NCBI RefSeq assembly: GCF_006345805.1
Contig: NC_043006.1
Coordinates: 4,402,001-4,466,000, forward strand
Length of the DNA stretch: 64,000 nt
Origin: Octopus sinensis
Lineage: Eukaryota
Reading direction: 5' to 3'
Positions 41,728 to 55,476 of this stretch are shown here, piece by piece. The notes under the pieces were generated by a model. The model ran no database searches. It was not told where the DNA came from and saw only the letters and a program-made list of their open reading frames with translations. The stretch's first letter is position 1. Each line of letters begins with the position of its first letter. Made by a program: the position numbers and the translations under genes.

Positions 41728-42647
41728 GCCGGAATACTGCAGGGAGACACACTCGCCCCATTTCTTTTCATCATTGTTGTTGATTATGTGCTACGTATGT
41801 CAGTTGATACCATCTCTGGCAAGGGCTTTGAAATAAAACCAAGAAGAAGTTCCAGACACCCAGCTGAGTACTTGACAGACACTGACTTTGCTGACGACAT
41901 CACTCTTATCAGTGATTCTCTCTCCAATGCCCAGTCTCTTTTACAATCTCTTGAACAAGCCTCAAATTGTGTAGGTCTTTACCTCAATGAGACCAAAACT
42001 GAATACATAAACAAGTGCCTGTCCAACAGCGATTGCATCATCCACACTCTCAACAGTGCACCTTTAAATATGGTTTCTGATTATAAATATCTTGGGTCAT
42101 ACATATCATCTGGAACAGACTTTCTAACTAGAAAGGGTATGGCCTGGTCAGCCTGTAATGACATGCATAAGATCTGGTCATCAAATCTAAGTAGAGACTT
42201 CAAACTTGAAATATTCAAAGCCACAGTCGAACCAATTCTACTATATGGCTCAGAAACCTGGACGTTATCAAAGAAGCTTGAGAGGCGGTTGGATGGAACC
42301 TACACTCGCCTCCTTATGAGAGCTCAAAATCTCTCGTGGAGGCGCCATCCAACTAAAATGCAAATATATGGGAAATTACCACCTGTGTCATCTCTTGTGA
42401 AAGGTAGGAGAGTCCAGTTTGCTGGACATTGTTGTAGAGCTGAAAAAGAAGTAATTTCTACTCTTCTCCTCTGGAAGCCATCTACTCGCAACACCAGAGG
42501 GCGCACACTCTCCTACCCTGATGTAATCTCCAGGGATACAGGCATCCAGCAACAGGACCTCCGTAATGCTATGATGGACCGTGAAGTCTGGCGCAACATG
42601 GTAAATTCCATTGTCTCGACCACGGTCGAACAATGATGATGATGATG
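41728..42647 (+). mobile_element. RTE-X-like LINE, 5'-truncated, uninterrupted frame, (TGA)n tail
   Basis: GILQGDTLAPFLF, DTDFADDI, YKYLGS, LLYGSETW, RLDGTYTRLL, QFAGHC; stop followed by tgatgatgatg. Confidence 0.85.
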
Positions 42648-43059
42648 TATGTAGTGGGGACCCAGGATCTTTTTTGTTTCCAAAAAATTACTATATTGGT
42701 TGGGAATCGCAATTTGTAACAAATGGACACATTTTTATGTATTCTATGTTGTAGCAGACCAGAAACATATAAAACAGTTTTGCTCTGAAAAACCTTGGTC
42801 CTGGGACTTTTTTTTTTTTGGTGTCGGATGGGCCAGAAAGGGTGTTACCCGGGCAACTAGGGCAACACCCCTGCCTCAACCACTGGTATCTATGTAGACA
42901 TGTAAGCTTGTTGCATTTATATGTGGATGGATGGACGTATGTACGCAGGTAAGCTTGATGTATGTATGTATGTATGTATGTATGTGTGTGTGTATGTATG
43001 TATGTATGCATGCATGTATGTAAGTATTATGAATGTGTATGCGTGTGTGATTTATTGTG

Positions 43060-43310
43060 TCACCACTATACAAAAAGGTAAACAATGCTAATTTCTTACA
43101 GAGAGAAAGTTGTGTGATATATTTGGAGAAGAGGATTGTTGACTATTTTAGGACCAAAGCTTTGTTGTTTACTTCACTTGACTTAACATTTAGAACATAC
43201 TTAAACAACCTGCCACTGTCTTGTGTGTCCCGACTACTACAATGTATCAGAATATTAATGCAATGTCATCGACGCAGTCCTGCAATGTGGTGGTAAACAA
43301 TCATCATCAT
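43060..43310 (+). repeat. Old interspersed repeat with a diverged copy at ~50607-50850
   Basis: Shared blocks caccac..caaaa.g.taaa.aatgct, ttgacttaacattta.aacata, gacgca.t.ctgcaatgt.gt.gtaa.caatca. Confidence 0.6.
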
Positions 43311-43384
43311 CATCATCACCCTCAGCTTTATATTATATATACATATGTATAAGTATATTATGCATACATATGTATATGTGGGCG

Positions 43385-43806
<422 letters not shown>

Positions 43807-43829
43807 ATATATAAATATATTTATACATA

Positions 43830-44060
43830 TATACATATAGACAAACAGATAGATAGATAAATAGATAGATAAGATAGATAGGTAGCTAGATAAATAAGAT
43901 AGATAAGATAGATAGATAGGTAGATAGATATATATAAAGATAGATATATATAAAGATAGATATATATATATATATAAGTAGATAGATTGATAAATATATA
44001 GATATGTAGATAGATCGATAACTAGATAGATAGATAAATAGATAGATAGATAGATATAAT
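43830..44060. repeat. (GATA)n microsatellite
   Basis: Directly visible. Confidence 0.95.
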
Positions 44061-44344
44061 ATATGTGTGTGTCCGTGTATTTATAATAGGGGCTTAGAAA
44101 TAAATTTCCTAGCTATATGCTGAGAAAAAGACGCTAAATCGCCTCATCACTGAAAGAAGTCAGAAACACATTTTGAATTCTTTGCAACAAGCCAACGGAA
44201 ATTTTCGATAAGATAGTTCTACATTAGCTAAAATCTGGATCTGCCCAAATGCTCTCCCAACTTCAGCGGAAACATACTATAGATATAAATGAGATATTTA
44301 TTAATGCACATAGGAAAGCGAAACGCAAAGCCATAAATACACAT

Positions 44345-46397
44345 AAATTCCCCATTCTTCTGCCAGTTTGCGTAGATGCAGGCCAGCAAGTGTCCGAGCA
44401 AGTCCGACATACTACGATAAAATTCATAGGGCAGACCATCCAGCCCCGGTGACTTGTTCCTGGCGCATTCATCTAGCACATACCCGACCTCCGCAGCTGT
44501 AATCGACCCTTCACAACAGTCATCCTCCCGCGCCGAGAGTCGCGGCCCGCCGGCGAACAAGTCCTTTAGGGACTCCTCACGGTCCAGCGTCCCACTCGTT
44601 ACAAACAACCGGTCGAAATCTCTAATGATTAGTCCACGTCCACTGTGGAACGAGCACCTCGCCCAGTCTATATCGGTCGACTATGTTATAGTTTGCTAGT
44701 AGCTTTTTTTAGGCAGAACATCACCTTCTATCGGTCGAGCCAACACTATCCACCTCTGCGTCGAGAATAGTGTTAACGTCTCCTACTATATCTAGAGTTT
44801 TAGACGTCACCAGAAAGCTCTTCTCCAGGTCTCGAAAAAAAGACAGCTTGTCTACCCACTTTCGGATCGTAGACCGCTATCGACCTGAAGGACTGCTTAC
44901 TTGCTTGTCCCATTTAGGACGACCAACCTGACTTCTCGGTCCAGTAAGACTGTACTTACCTGTATGTCCAAGCTTTTTCTGAACACCACCACCAGGCCCC
45001 CGTCTCCCCGTCGACTAGGAGAAATAAATTTCTCATAGCCATTTAGAAGAGACGAGAACGTCTGTGGCCCGTTCAACTTCCACTCAGTCGCAACACATCA
45101 GTTTCTAGTGAACTGAAGTCGTTCAGGAGACAAGTTTGCTTCCATTTCGATCCCAGGCCACGAACATTTATATTACCTAACTTAATTTCCATGGTAAAAA
45201 AAATAATAAACACATGCATGTTAAGTATGGGGAGGGGCTGCCCGAATTCTCCAGCCTCCCCTTCCTTTTCTTTCCGAGGTTTAGCCGCTGGGCTAAGAAC
45301 AAATCTTTTGTTGCCAAACTCTTGGTTAACATCTTGTATGTCCTACGGGAATCTCTCTTTAGATTGTTTAAGTATTTCTGCTACTATCCTTGCCAACCGT
45401 ATATTCGGTGACATACCATGTATCGTCTGGCCTTGATTCGATTATTTTGTTTGAGGTTTGAACCACCATCTCGAGTGTTTGGCCTTTCCAGTTTAGAGCC
45501 TCTCCCTTTTTCATTTGCGGTATTGATATTTCTTCTGCGTCGTAAATTACGGCCGATGCAATGCAGGTTACATTGTAACCAGCTGGTTTTCTCCTCTATT
45601 GTTATTTTTGCAGTTCTCCGGCCAAGGTAGGTCGGGAGCAACATTATCTCCTCAATTTTTAGCGTCTGAGTCGATATTTCTTCTGCTAATTCAGCGTTTT
45701 CAAATTGTGCCTCAATAGTGGAGCTTCTTCGTCCTCGACCGACATAGGTATAATTTTTCCCTATATGGGGGGGGGCACTTCTCTACAACTTCGTTCTTCA
45801 CTGACATTATTCTTTTTTTCTTTACGGTTGTATATTTTGTATACTACCGTTCTGGCAGTTAAATCTTTCATCATGTCCTGTGGTAGCAGAAGTTTGGTTT
45901 CGTTGCCACTTTTCTTTATAATGTAGCGAAACTTAAATAGATGTTCCTTAGATAGCTCCAATTCACAGAAATTGCTACCAACCGCAGCAGAAAAACTTGG
46001 CTTTTCCTTTCTTTCCTGGTTACAAACTTGTTTACTTTCTTTCATGGCCGGGAAATCCTTCTCTCAGAACTGAAAATCGACATTCGACAACAAATTCAAA
46101 TCCATTTTTACAAATGGCCTCCGAATAACAGAAAAATACTATTATTGTCAAAATGCCAAAAATTAATTTTTTACCCTGCAACGGGTAAAACAAAACACAA
46201 AAATCAGTCCAACAAGTTATGCAGCAATTAATTTTCTGCCCCGTGGGGCGAAAAGTTTCATTAAAACGACAACAGTTCGATTCCAACAAGCGCACAAACG
46301 TAACAATTTCAACATATAATAAACAACAAAAATACATTAACCTAAAAAACTCACTAAGCCAGAGCAGCCGAAAGCAGAAGGACTTCAGTCTGGAGTA
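44345..46397 (-). mobile_element. L1/Tx1-like LINE, 5' half (5' UTR, ORF1, APE, pre-RT)
   Basis: ORF1 pieces 45761-46045 and 45384-45644; NKSPGLDGLPYEFY at 44228-44608. Confidence 0.8.
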
Positions 46398-48140
46398 ATT
46401 TCTTTATTATGATAATATCTTTCACGTGACGTTACAAATATATAGATGAGCTAAGTGAGTTTATCATTAGAACCTGAATGAATCCCATATACAATTTAAA
46501 TACAATTTTCTCATATATGCTTCGCGACATTTGTCTCTTCTCCTGCCCTGTCTTGCACATCAGGTGGTACCTGGAGTAGTATAGCAAGCCAGGGCCGAAT
46601 ATGAAGGACCCTGTCTCTATTCCTTGCATTCTTGTTTTCCATGCATACTCTTTCATTACTGCAACCGTACGCAGAAAACATGCCTCACTTTCCTTTTATA
46701 GTCCGGTTTGCGGTACAATCTTTATCACAGACTCAGCTGATAGCTGTATTCTTTCCAGGTATGACAACACGTGTTCTACGTAAATTATCAAGCCCAAAAG
46801 CTGCAGGCACTGTACAAGAGCGTGCAGGACAGTTTCCATGTCCTACCCGCACCTTGGGTATGCCGGTGGCACTGATATTCCGTGCCTGGACAATTTATCG
46901 CGAACAGGTAACGCATCCCTGTGACACTACCAGGTCAGGGATCTTTGGTAATTATCCAAATACCCCGACCTGAATATGTTTTGAAACAGTTTGGCTAGCT
47001 GGTTCTCATCGATCCCCAGAGCCTCTTCTAGGACGCCATAGCTCTTATACTCTACCATCCCTTTATAAAATACAGAAGTGGTATTTCCGCTGCCGGCCTT
47101 GCCCGCCCTGTGGATTAGCGCGAGTGCCTATCGGCACTCCTTTTACCATTCAGTTGTATTCTGTCTTTTTATCAAACCGGGTGTAGATTCCTCCAAGGGG
47201 GCCGGTCGTGGAAAGAATTCCCTGCAAGCGAATTCCACACCTGGCCACCATCCAGGTAGAGCCAGAGCGGCCTTAGCCTCAGTGTATGTCTGCATATCAA
47301 TAGCCACGGCAGCCCTAACCTACACTTTAGCGGTTCTACGGATCGCCTCACAAGCGGTTTTCCCTTCCACAAGAAGCGGAAGAGAAGTCGCACCAACTTG
47401 CATAGCCACGAATCGGGGCAAGGGACAACGGTCAGACGGTAGGTGATAGCAGACGCAATAAACAACTGCAACACCTCCGCCCTCTCTTTCAGAGACAGCG
47501 CACTTCCAGACCAGGTCCGGACTAGGGCCTCCACCCTGCCTGTCACCTCACTCCAATTCTTCTCCGTCTGGGAATCTGGACCAAACCAAACTCCAAGCTA
47601 CTTAACAGGACCATCTGTTCAGTGCCCTACAACACTGGACGTTATCGGCTTGCTACTCCACGTGCTGTGCCGCAAACCGATGTACTTGTCCTTGTTAACT
47701 TTTGCCCCTGCCACTGCCTTGTATCCTTTGATTGCATCCTGATCACAAGGTAGCTGAGCTACATTGGACACGGTGATGGTGACGTCATCCGCATATGCAG
47801 AATCAGACTTACCATATCCTATTTCATTGGGGATGCCCCCAAAATTCTCCAACCCTCGCATCAATGGCTCAAGAGTCAATAGATACAGAAGCGGAGCCAG
47901 GGAGGAACCCTTGCTGAACCGAGCGCTGAATCTCAAACCGTTCCGACAGGTAACTGTGGATTTGATGCCACCATAAATGGCCTTGATTCAACCGCGGAAG
48001 TCCGAGCCTAGACCAGCCGCCTCAAGAACTGCCGCCAGGTACTGGTGGTCTACCCTATCGAAATTTTTACTTTGGTCTAAATGGACCAATGCCCCACCTT
48101 TACCGGATAATTTACCCACCCTGTCTAAGGTGTAGCGTAA
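46398..48140 (-). mobile_element. L1/Tx1-like LINE, 3' half (RT, C-terminus, AATAAAGAAAT tail)
   Basis: GSSLAPLLYLLTLEP, AYADDVT, ELVGATSLPLLVEGK region, KEYAWKTRMQG..FIFGPGLL; tail at 46398-46408. Confidence 0.8.
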
Positions 48141-49290
48141 GAGATGAAGTTTAGGGATACCGTAGAATAAACTTGATTAGCACTTGAAGTTGGTAGGGTA
48201 GTCGTACTCCATGTCTGTGAGACCTTCTCAGTATGAGTTGATTAATGTCCTGAGGTTATTCATTATTTTTGGTTGATTATAATGTTGGACCCCTTGCTAG
48301 CGTGTCTCATATCCTAATAGGGATAGTACTAAATTTTATAATCATTTGTGTTCATTAATACTACCGCGTTGCCCCCCCCCCCCCCATCTGCCACCTTGAT
48401 TGTAATAGTTTTACCTTCTCTTTGTTTGATGAGGTCGTTGCATTCTCTTTTGTTGAAGTTTGGTCTGTATTTTTGCTTATTAGTGAGTTGGAAAGGGAAA
48501 TTGGTTATGTGGTTACAAAAGCGGTCTAAGGCTTTATTCTTTCCCTTGGTGAGGGTGTAGTCGCTGTTGTTTCTAGCTATTGATTCGTCATCTATTTGTT
48601 TGATATGATATTCCTCGGCAAGTCTTAATTTCCAACAAAATTCCGAAATATCGTCTTTCGTTTCATAGTAATTTGGGCGTTGTGGGTTGGGGTAAATTTA
48701 AGTCCTTTGGATAGTATGCTTATTTCGTTAGGTGTAAGGTCTTTATTTGAGAGATTGATTATTTTAATTACCTGTGGTTTCTTTTGTTTGTCCGTTGCCA
48801 TCGTGTATCCCTGTTCCTGTATGTTAGGTCTAAAAAATGGTTGGTGTGGTTATGTTGAAAAACACTGTTTATCTGTCTCCTGTTGTAATTTTTAGAGTGG
48901 GTTTGTGGTGCTCTGTTTTGTAGTGTATTTTTGAACCGCGTGTTCCGTCTTAGTGTATCAGGTATATAGTGTTGGTAGTTGTTTCTTCTGTAGTGTGTTT
49001 GTTGTTTGTTAAGGTTGTATGGTTGGTTCCTAGAGTAGAGGTTCGGTAGTTGAGTTTTAGTTGGGTTATGTAGATTGTAGTTCATAGAATTGTGTGTTGC
49101 ATGCCCATGGTTCTTGAAATGGTGGGTCCCTGTAGGTGTTTTGGGGTTGATTTAGGTAGTGTGGGGTGTGTTTAAAATGTCTTTCTCTGATAGGCAATGT
49201 ATTTAGATTTCTTGGTGGTTGTTCCGTTCTGTTGGCATGTGGTTTTGTTTTTCTTAATTTTATGAAGGGGTTGTTGGACATGTGTTCAGT
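48140..49290 (-). mobile_element. Penelope-like element RT N-terminal relic(s)
   Basis: TITIKVAD.GG.AVVLMNTNDY and FYGIPKLH motifs, typical of PLE RT. Confidence 0.7.
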
Positions 49291-49327
49291 TTTGAAGTTC
49301 TGTCTGTATGTATGTATGTATGTTATG

Positions 49328-49878
49328 TCAGCTCACTTTCGAGTGTTACTGGTAACATGTAACCCAGTACAACCTGTTGCATGGTCGGGTCGTCGGCGAC
49401 TAAACCGGCAACCCCACCAATCTTGCTTGTTGAGGCGGGGTGATTATTGGACACTTTGCGAGATGAAAAACAAAACCCGTCAAAGGGCGGAGGAACTCTT
49501 GAGAGTCAACGGCCATCCAATAAATGTCTTAAGGCTGTATCATGCGCGTGGACATAGAAATAATCGAACTGAATACCCGATCTTGCGGTTAAACCATTGG
49601 GAGTGAAGGACTCCTAGCCTTTGTTAGGGCATCCTTCTAGGAGAAGGTAACTCAGGTAACTGGGATAACTCCGACATAAAACCTGCGGCTCAGTGGTTAC
49701 CGATGATGTTGACTTGTTCTTCTTTTCGGATTATGGCTGCTGTTGCTTAGTGAGTGGGATTCACTCAGTTCACAGCCTTTGCTTACTTAAAAAAATCTTC
49801 TTGCACAGGCATTGCACGATAACAAGATTGATTAAGCTTCGTGCAATGGCCATACTCGATAACGAGGAGACAGCCACC
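49328..49878 (+). mobile_element. ORF-less RTE-related element (RTE-like 5' region + 3' stem-loop + (ATGT)n tail)
   Basis: gggcatccttctaggagaaggtaactc (RTE-like 5' motif, from memory); 3' ctcgataacgag hairpin, then gagacagccacc(atgt)n. Confidence 0.45.
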
Positions 49879-50940
49879 ATGTATGTATGTTATGTATGTA
49901 TGTATGTATGTATGTATGTATGTATTATGTATGTATGTATGTTATTATCCAGTTTTATATGACAGGGTGAGCCGGATTCTAACCTAGATCCAATGTTCCT
50001 TCATTGGAATTTCAACATCACAGGGTACATTTGCATGTATGTATGAGAATATTAGCCGTATTTGAAATTAGTACACGTGCAGATTTGTATATTTGGTTTT
50101 GTGTATGTATTCTCATGCATATATTTAAATGATAAATTTCTGGAAACATTCAGATTTTTAAGAGATCCAGATGTGATCTGGATCTGTAGATTTCGAACCG
50201 GCTTTTTCCCTTCTGGTTTTGGGAAGCCTAATTTCTCGGGATTAGACAGTGTTGCATATCCCAGTGCGCCAATAATTACAGATTACAAGTTCAAGTCTAT
50301 ACGTTAACTTATAATATAGGACGTGTGACTGTAGATTTCTCAAGAGTTCAAGAGTTCTTTTTATGATCTTTAGTTTTATGTTAACATCCACTGGTCAGCT
50401 CATTTCCACAGCTGTACACAGATTGTCTTCTCTGAGTCAAATCTTCTCTGTCACGTCGATTATGTTCACATTTTATTGAGGGTTTCACTGGGACATTTCA
50501 AAAATACTCCTTATTAGTGGCTATAGCTTCTACTATCTTGTGGGTTCTCACTATATATGTATGTATGTATTATGAATCTTTGTGTGTGTGTGTGTGATTT
50601 GTTGAGGCACCACATCACAAAAGCTAAATAATGCTTATCTTTTAGAGAGAAAGCTAGAGAAAGAGAAAGAGAGAGAGTAATGTGTAATACTTTGAGAAAA
50701 GAAGGGATGTTGTTTTTTTCCATTTGACTTAACATTTATAACATATTTTAACAATGTTTTGTGTGTCTTGTTTACTATAATGTATTGAAATTTTAATGCA
50801 CAATGGGTGACGCAATACTGCAATGTAGTAGTAAGCAATCAACACCATAGTATTTAGCAATATTGTACATACATATATGTGTATGTGTGCGTGAGTATGT
50901 TTGTCTGTGTACGTAGATATATACATGTAGTGGTATACAA

Positions 50941-50987
<47 letters not shown>

Positions 50988-51229
50988 GTACATACAGCTC
51001 TTTATATACACATACAGAGACACACAGACACACACCCATATATATATATTTATATATATATCTGTATACATCTCTGTCTGCATTTGAATGTATGTATGTG
51101 CATATATATATATATCAATCTTTTGTTTCTGTCAGTAGACATCGGCCAAGATGGCGCACCCCCTTGAATAATATTTAATTAAATGAATGGGCCATAAACG
51201 ACTGGAGGACTTCAAACTAAGGGGCCATA

Positions 51230-51450
51230 AACGCACCTACGCCGGTTGTTAAGCACTCTAAAACACGCAAACACACAAACACAAACACACATACACGCTT
51301 ATCCGCACATATACTGAGATGAGGTGTTTCTTTCAGTTTCCGGCTATCGAATTCACTGAAAAGGACCAGGTCGGCCGGAGGCTATAGCGGGAGATTATCG
51401 TCCATGTTGCGACGCAGTGGGACTGAACCCAAAACTACGTTTGGGTAGCA
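51230..51450 (-). mobile_element. Diverged SINE (second family)
   Basis: ttcagtttccggcta..ggtcggccggaggctatag..acgcagtgggactgaaccc. Confidence 0.7.
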
Positions 51451-52081
51451 GGCTTCATACATGTGCGTGGGTATAAGTGTATACACATGCATATACATAG
51501 ATATATTATTAATATATATGTATATATGTCTGTAATTCCTTGGTGATCGAAACGAATAGATACGCTGACAAAGTGCTATATTCGATTATCCGTTACGTTC
51601 CAATTTCATATCTGAGGCTGGAGCTAATGACCCGCGTTAGGCGTCTGAGTTAGCTGGTCTATATTAATTAAAAGAAAAAGGACAACACAAATCAAGGCAG
51701 CGAGGGTATCTCAAGTACTTCATCGAAGTGCGAACTTAGGTCCCTACCCTCTGGAAAAGGATGTGCTGTGAACATTAAACTCCTCTCTGTATTCTTCTAT
51801 CTACCGATATTCTTCTATTTCCCATTTCATGCCTTTTAACTTGTGAATTTCCCTATCTAGAACTTTCACACATAGCCGCATAGTCTCTGATGTTGGAATA
51901 CTTAGTGAACGCACATGCTAGCCTATCACATGGGATATCCTAGAAACGACTGGAGGACTTCAAATTATATATTGTAAATGACTTGATATATTCTTCCTGC
52001 CTTCGATTTATATTGTCCGTTTCCCTTTAATTAATATACAAATACACACACACACATATATGTATATGTATATATATATGT

Positions 52082-52184
<103 letters not shown>

Positions 52185-52218
52185 CATATATGTATATACT
52201 CACATGCATGTATATATA

Positions 52219-52254
<36 letters not shown>

Positions 52255-52434
52255 GTGTCATCATCATCATCATCATCATCAACGTTCAACGTCCGTTTTC
52301 CGTGCTAGCAAGTCATATGTATGTGTATATATGTAGAATATATATATATATATATAATATATATATGTATATGTGTATATATATATAGATAATATATACA
52401 TACATATATATATGTATATATAGATAATATATAC

Positions 52435-52503
<69 letters not shown>

Positions 52504-52510
52504 ATATAAT

Positions 52511-53480
52511 CAAAGCAATTAAGATTCAAGTAAATTCCAATGAATTTACTTGAATGTGGTACTTAACTTAGATGTACCAGAAAAACTATATGGCGTTAAC
52601 CATACAGTAATGTGGGGTGATTATAAACGAGAAAGAAGCAACAAGAATGGATTAGTTTTTAGTACAATTGTTTCATACAAAGACAGGCTTTATTACAAGT
52701 TGCAAAAATTGCAGCAGATAAAAGTGTCCCGTACTCATCAGCTAAAATACATATGAGTTCTCCATACATCTTAGTGGGTGAGGTTATACTCATGAAATAT
52801 TGGAGATTATTCCATTAGAGGCAGATATAGGTTGTAAACAGTTTTCCAAAGATTCTTAATGATGATGCACAGTCTTATCACAGATTTTTAAAAACTTATT
52901 AGTTTCGAAGAGAAGATGAATTAATCCATAGTGTAGATTTAAATTTCCAGAGATATGAGGAGGATGATGCACAGACTTATCACAGGTTTTTAAAAACTTA
53001 TTAGCTTCACAGAAAAGGTAAATTAATCCGCAGTGAAGATTTAAATTTCCAGCGGTAAGAGGAGGAATTTCATACTCACAGACTATGTATTTAACCATTA
53101 TTAATCCACAATCATTTCATGCTATATGATAAGGTAATTTGCCATATTACTGCTCTCCGTGCAAAACTGCTATGTTAAGATTTCTAAAGGCTGAGGGAAT
53201 TTATTTGTGGGGCAAAGAAAATAAAATAAAAGAAAAAAGAAAAGAGACAAGGAAAAAAGAAAAAGAAAAAGGAGAAGAAGAAGAAGAAAGAAGGAAAAGA
53301 AAAAGAAAAAGAAAAAGAAACAGAAAAAAGAAAAAAGAAAGAGAAACGAGGGAGAAGGATAGAAAAGAAAAAGAAAAAGAAAAAGAGAAAGAAAAAGAAA
53401 AAGGAAAAGAAAAAAAGAAAAAAGGGGAAGAGGGAGAAAAGAAAAGGCGCCTATATAGAGTATACTGCGACAACTTAGCG
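52511..53480. repeat. Left arm of long inverted repeat (paired portion 52627-53480), with 102-bp subrepeats and a purine tract
   Basis: Reverse complement of 54631-55477 with few substitutions. Confidence 0.95.
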
Positions 53481-54630
53481 GGAGGGGGTTCTAAAGTGAC
53501 CAAATACAGAAGAATTTGTAGACAACTTAGTTAGCTTGAATCTTTAAGAATTCAGGAACTATGAGGAGAAAATTATTTTTTTGACCAGTAAACAGCTATT
53601 TACTATCAATCTGACACGGATGAAAGCAGATATGAATCTAAAGAGAATTTAAAGAGATAAACAAGGTCAGGGGTAGAGGGGTCAAAAGCTATCGTCAAAA
53701 GGAAATACATTAAGAGAAAAGATCTAAGTGCAACTTTAACCAGAGGTCATTTAAATTATTTATTTATTTATTCATGTTACTGTCTTAAAAATTGTTGCCG
53801 TTACTATCAATACATTAACGGACTACCGGTCAAAAGCTAGAATTTAATTAACAAGGTGTGATGGAATTGTCTATTTTATTGAAGTTTATCATACTACTTT
53901 CAAGGGAGTTTCTTCACTTAATTAATTTTGTAATAGAATTGTTAAGCCTTAGTAACTTAATTTATTAAAGTAGTGTTACCTAAACTAGATTAAGTTCTAA
54001 AATTAAAAATTTAAAATTAGGATTTAAGAATTAAATAAACTCTAAAAATTAAGATTTAAGAATTAAGAATTAAATAAACTTTCATTTAAGCAATGTACGA
54101 GTACTATTTTATTTCCCAATGCTCAAAATCAGGTGTAGTTATAAAGAAAAAGATAACTATAGTGTGAGAACTCGCAGTTATCTACTTAAAAGTAATGTTA
54201 TACTAGTAAAGACCCGGTTATATTTATCTACCTATCTTGTTACGATTATTCTATACAGTTATTCACTTAAAATATTTTAGAGTCTTCAATTTAGCGTGGA
54301 CACAAACTTGTCCTACTTCAATATGGTTATTTAACAAGCTTCTATTTTTTCTATGCCTTAGAATTTCATAGGTCTCCATTGAGCAGAGTTGGCAACCAAC
54401 CCTGCTATTTTTATACGGTATTCTCTCCTAACTATTTCCCAATTAAGATTATAATTCTTGTTATTATTTTTGAGTTCCCAGATTTTACTTGAAAGTGTGG
54501 TGGTACCAGCTTTATGACGTAATCCAAAAGATGGGATGTGATTTCTAACTCTTTTATTAAAATTTATTGTGCACCCAATGTAAAAAAATTTGTTATTCTC
54601 AGTAGATATGGTACATTTATAGATTGTTGT

Positions 54631-55476
54631 CGCTAAGTTGTCGCAGTATACTCTATATAGGCGCCTTTTCTTTTCTCCCTCTTCCCTTTTTTCTTTTTTT
54701 CTTTTCCTTTTTCTTTTTCTTTCTCTTTTTCTTTTTCTTTTTCTTTTCTATCCTTCTCCCCCGTTTCTCTTTCTTTTTTCTTTTTTCTGTTTCTTTTTCT
54801 TTTTCTTTTTCTTTTCCTTCTTTCTTCTTCTCCTTTTTCTTTTTCTTTTTTCCTTGTCTCTTTTCTTTTTTCTTTTATTTTATTTTCTTTGCCCCACAAA
54901 TAAATTCCCTCAGCCTTTAGAAATCTTAACATAGCAGTTTTGCACGGAGAGCAGTAATATGGCAAATTACCTTATCATATAGCATGAAATGATTGTGGAT
55001 TAATAATGGTTAAATACATAGTCTGTGAGTATGAAATTCCTCCTCTTACCGCTGGAAATTTAAATCTTCACTGCGGATTAATTCACCTTTTCTGTGAAGC
55101 TAATAAGTTTTTAAAAACCTGTGATAAGTCTGTGCATCATCCTCCTCATATCTCTGGAAATTTAAATCTACACTATGGATTAATTCATCTTCTCTTCGAA
55201 ACTAATAAGTTTTTAAAAATCTGTGATAAGACTGTGCATCATCATTAAGGATCTTTGGAAAACTGTTTACAACCTATATCTGCCTCTAATGGAATAATCT
55301 CCAATATTTCATGAGTATAACCTCACCCACTAAGATGTATGGAGAACTCATATGTATTTTAGCTGATGAGTACGGGACACTTTTATCTGCTGCAATTTTT
55401 GCAACTTGTAATAAAGCCTGTCTTTGTATGAAACAATTGTACTAAAAACCAATCCATTCTTGTTGCTTCTTTCTCG

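Noticed and set aside
46350-46395. U2 snRNA-like sequence at a Tx1 5' end (Keno-type target)
   Set aside because: Only a loose ~24-nt resemblance (gctttcggc..tggcttag), with no further U2 sequence.
49380-49460. HDV-like ribozyme in the RTE-like 5' region
   Set aside because: P1/P2/P3/P1.1 could not be assigned by eye; left as a computational check.
53481-54630. AT-rich spacer as a mitochondrial insertion (NUMT)
   Set aside because: No recognisable mt-tRNA, rRNA or protein motif; composition alone is insufficient.
55362-55385. CTGATGAGTACGGGAC (also at ~52736 and ~63123) as a hammerhead
   Set aside because: No GAAA or helix III follows in any of the three copies.
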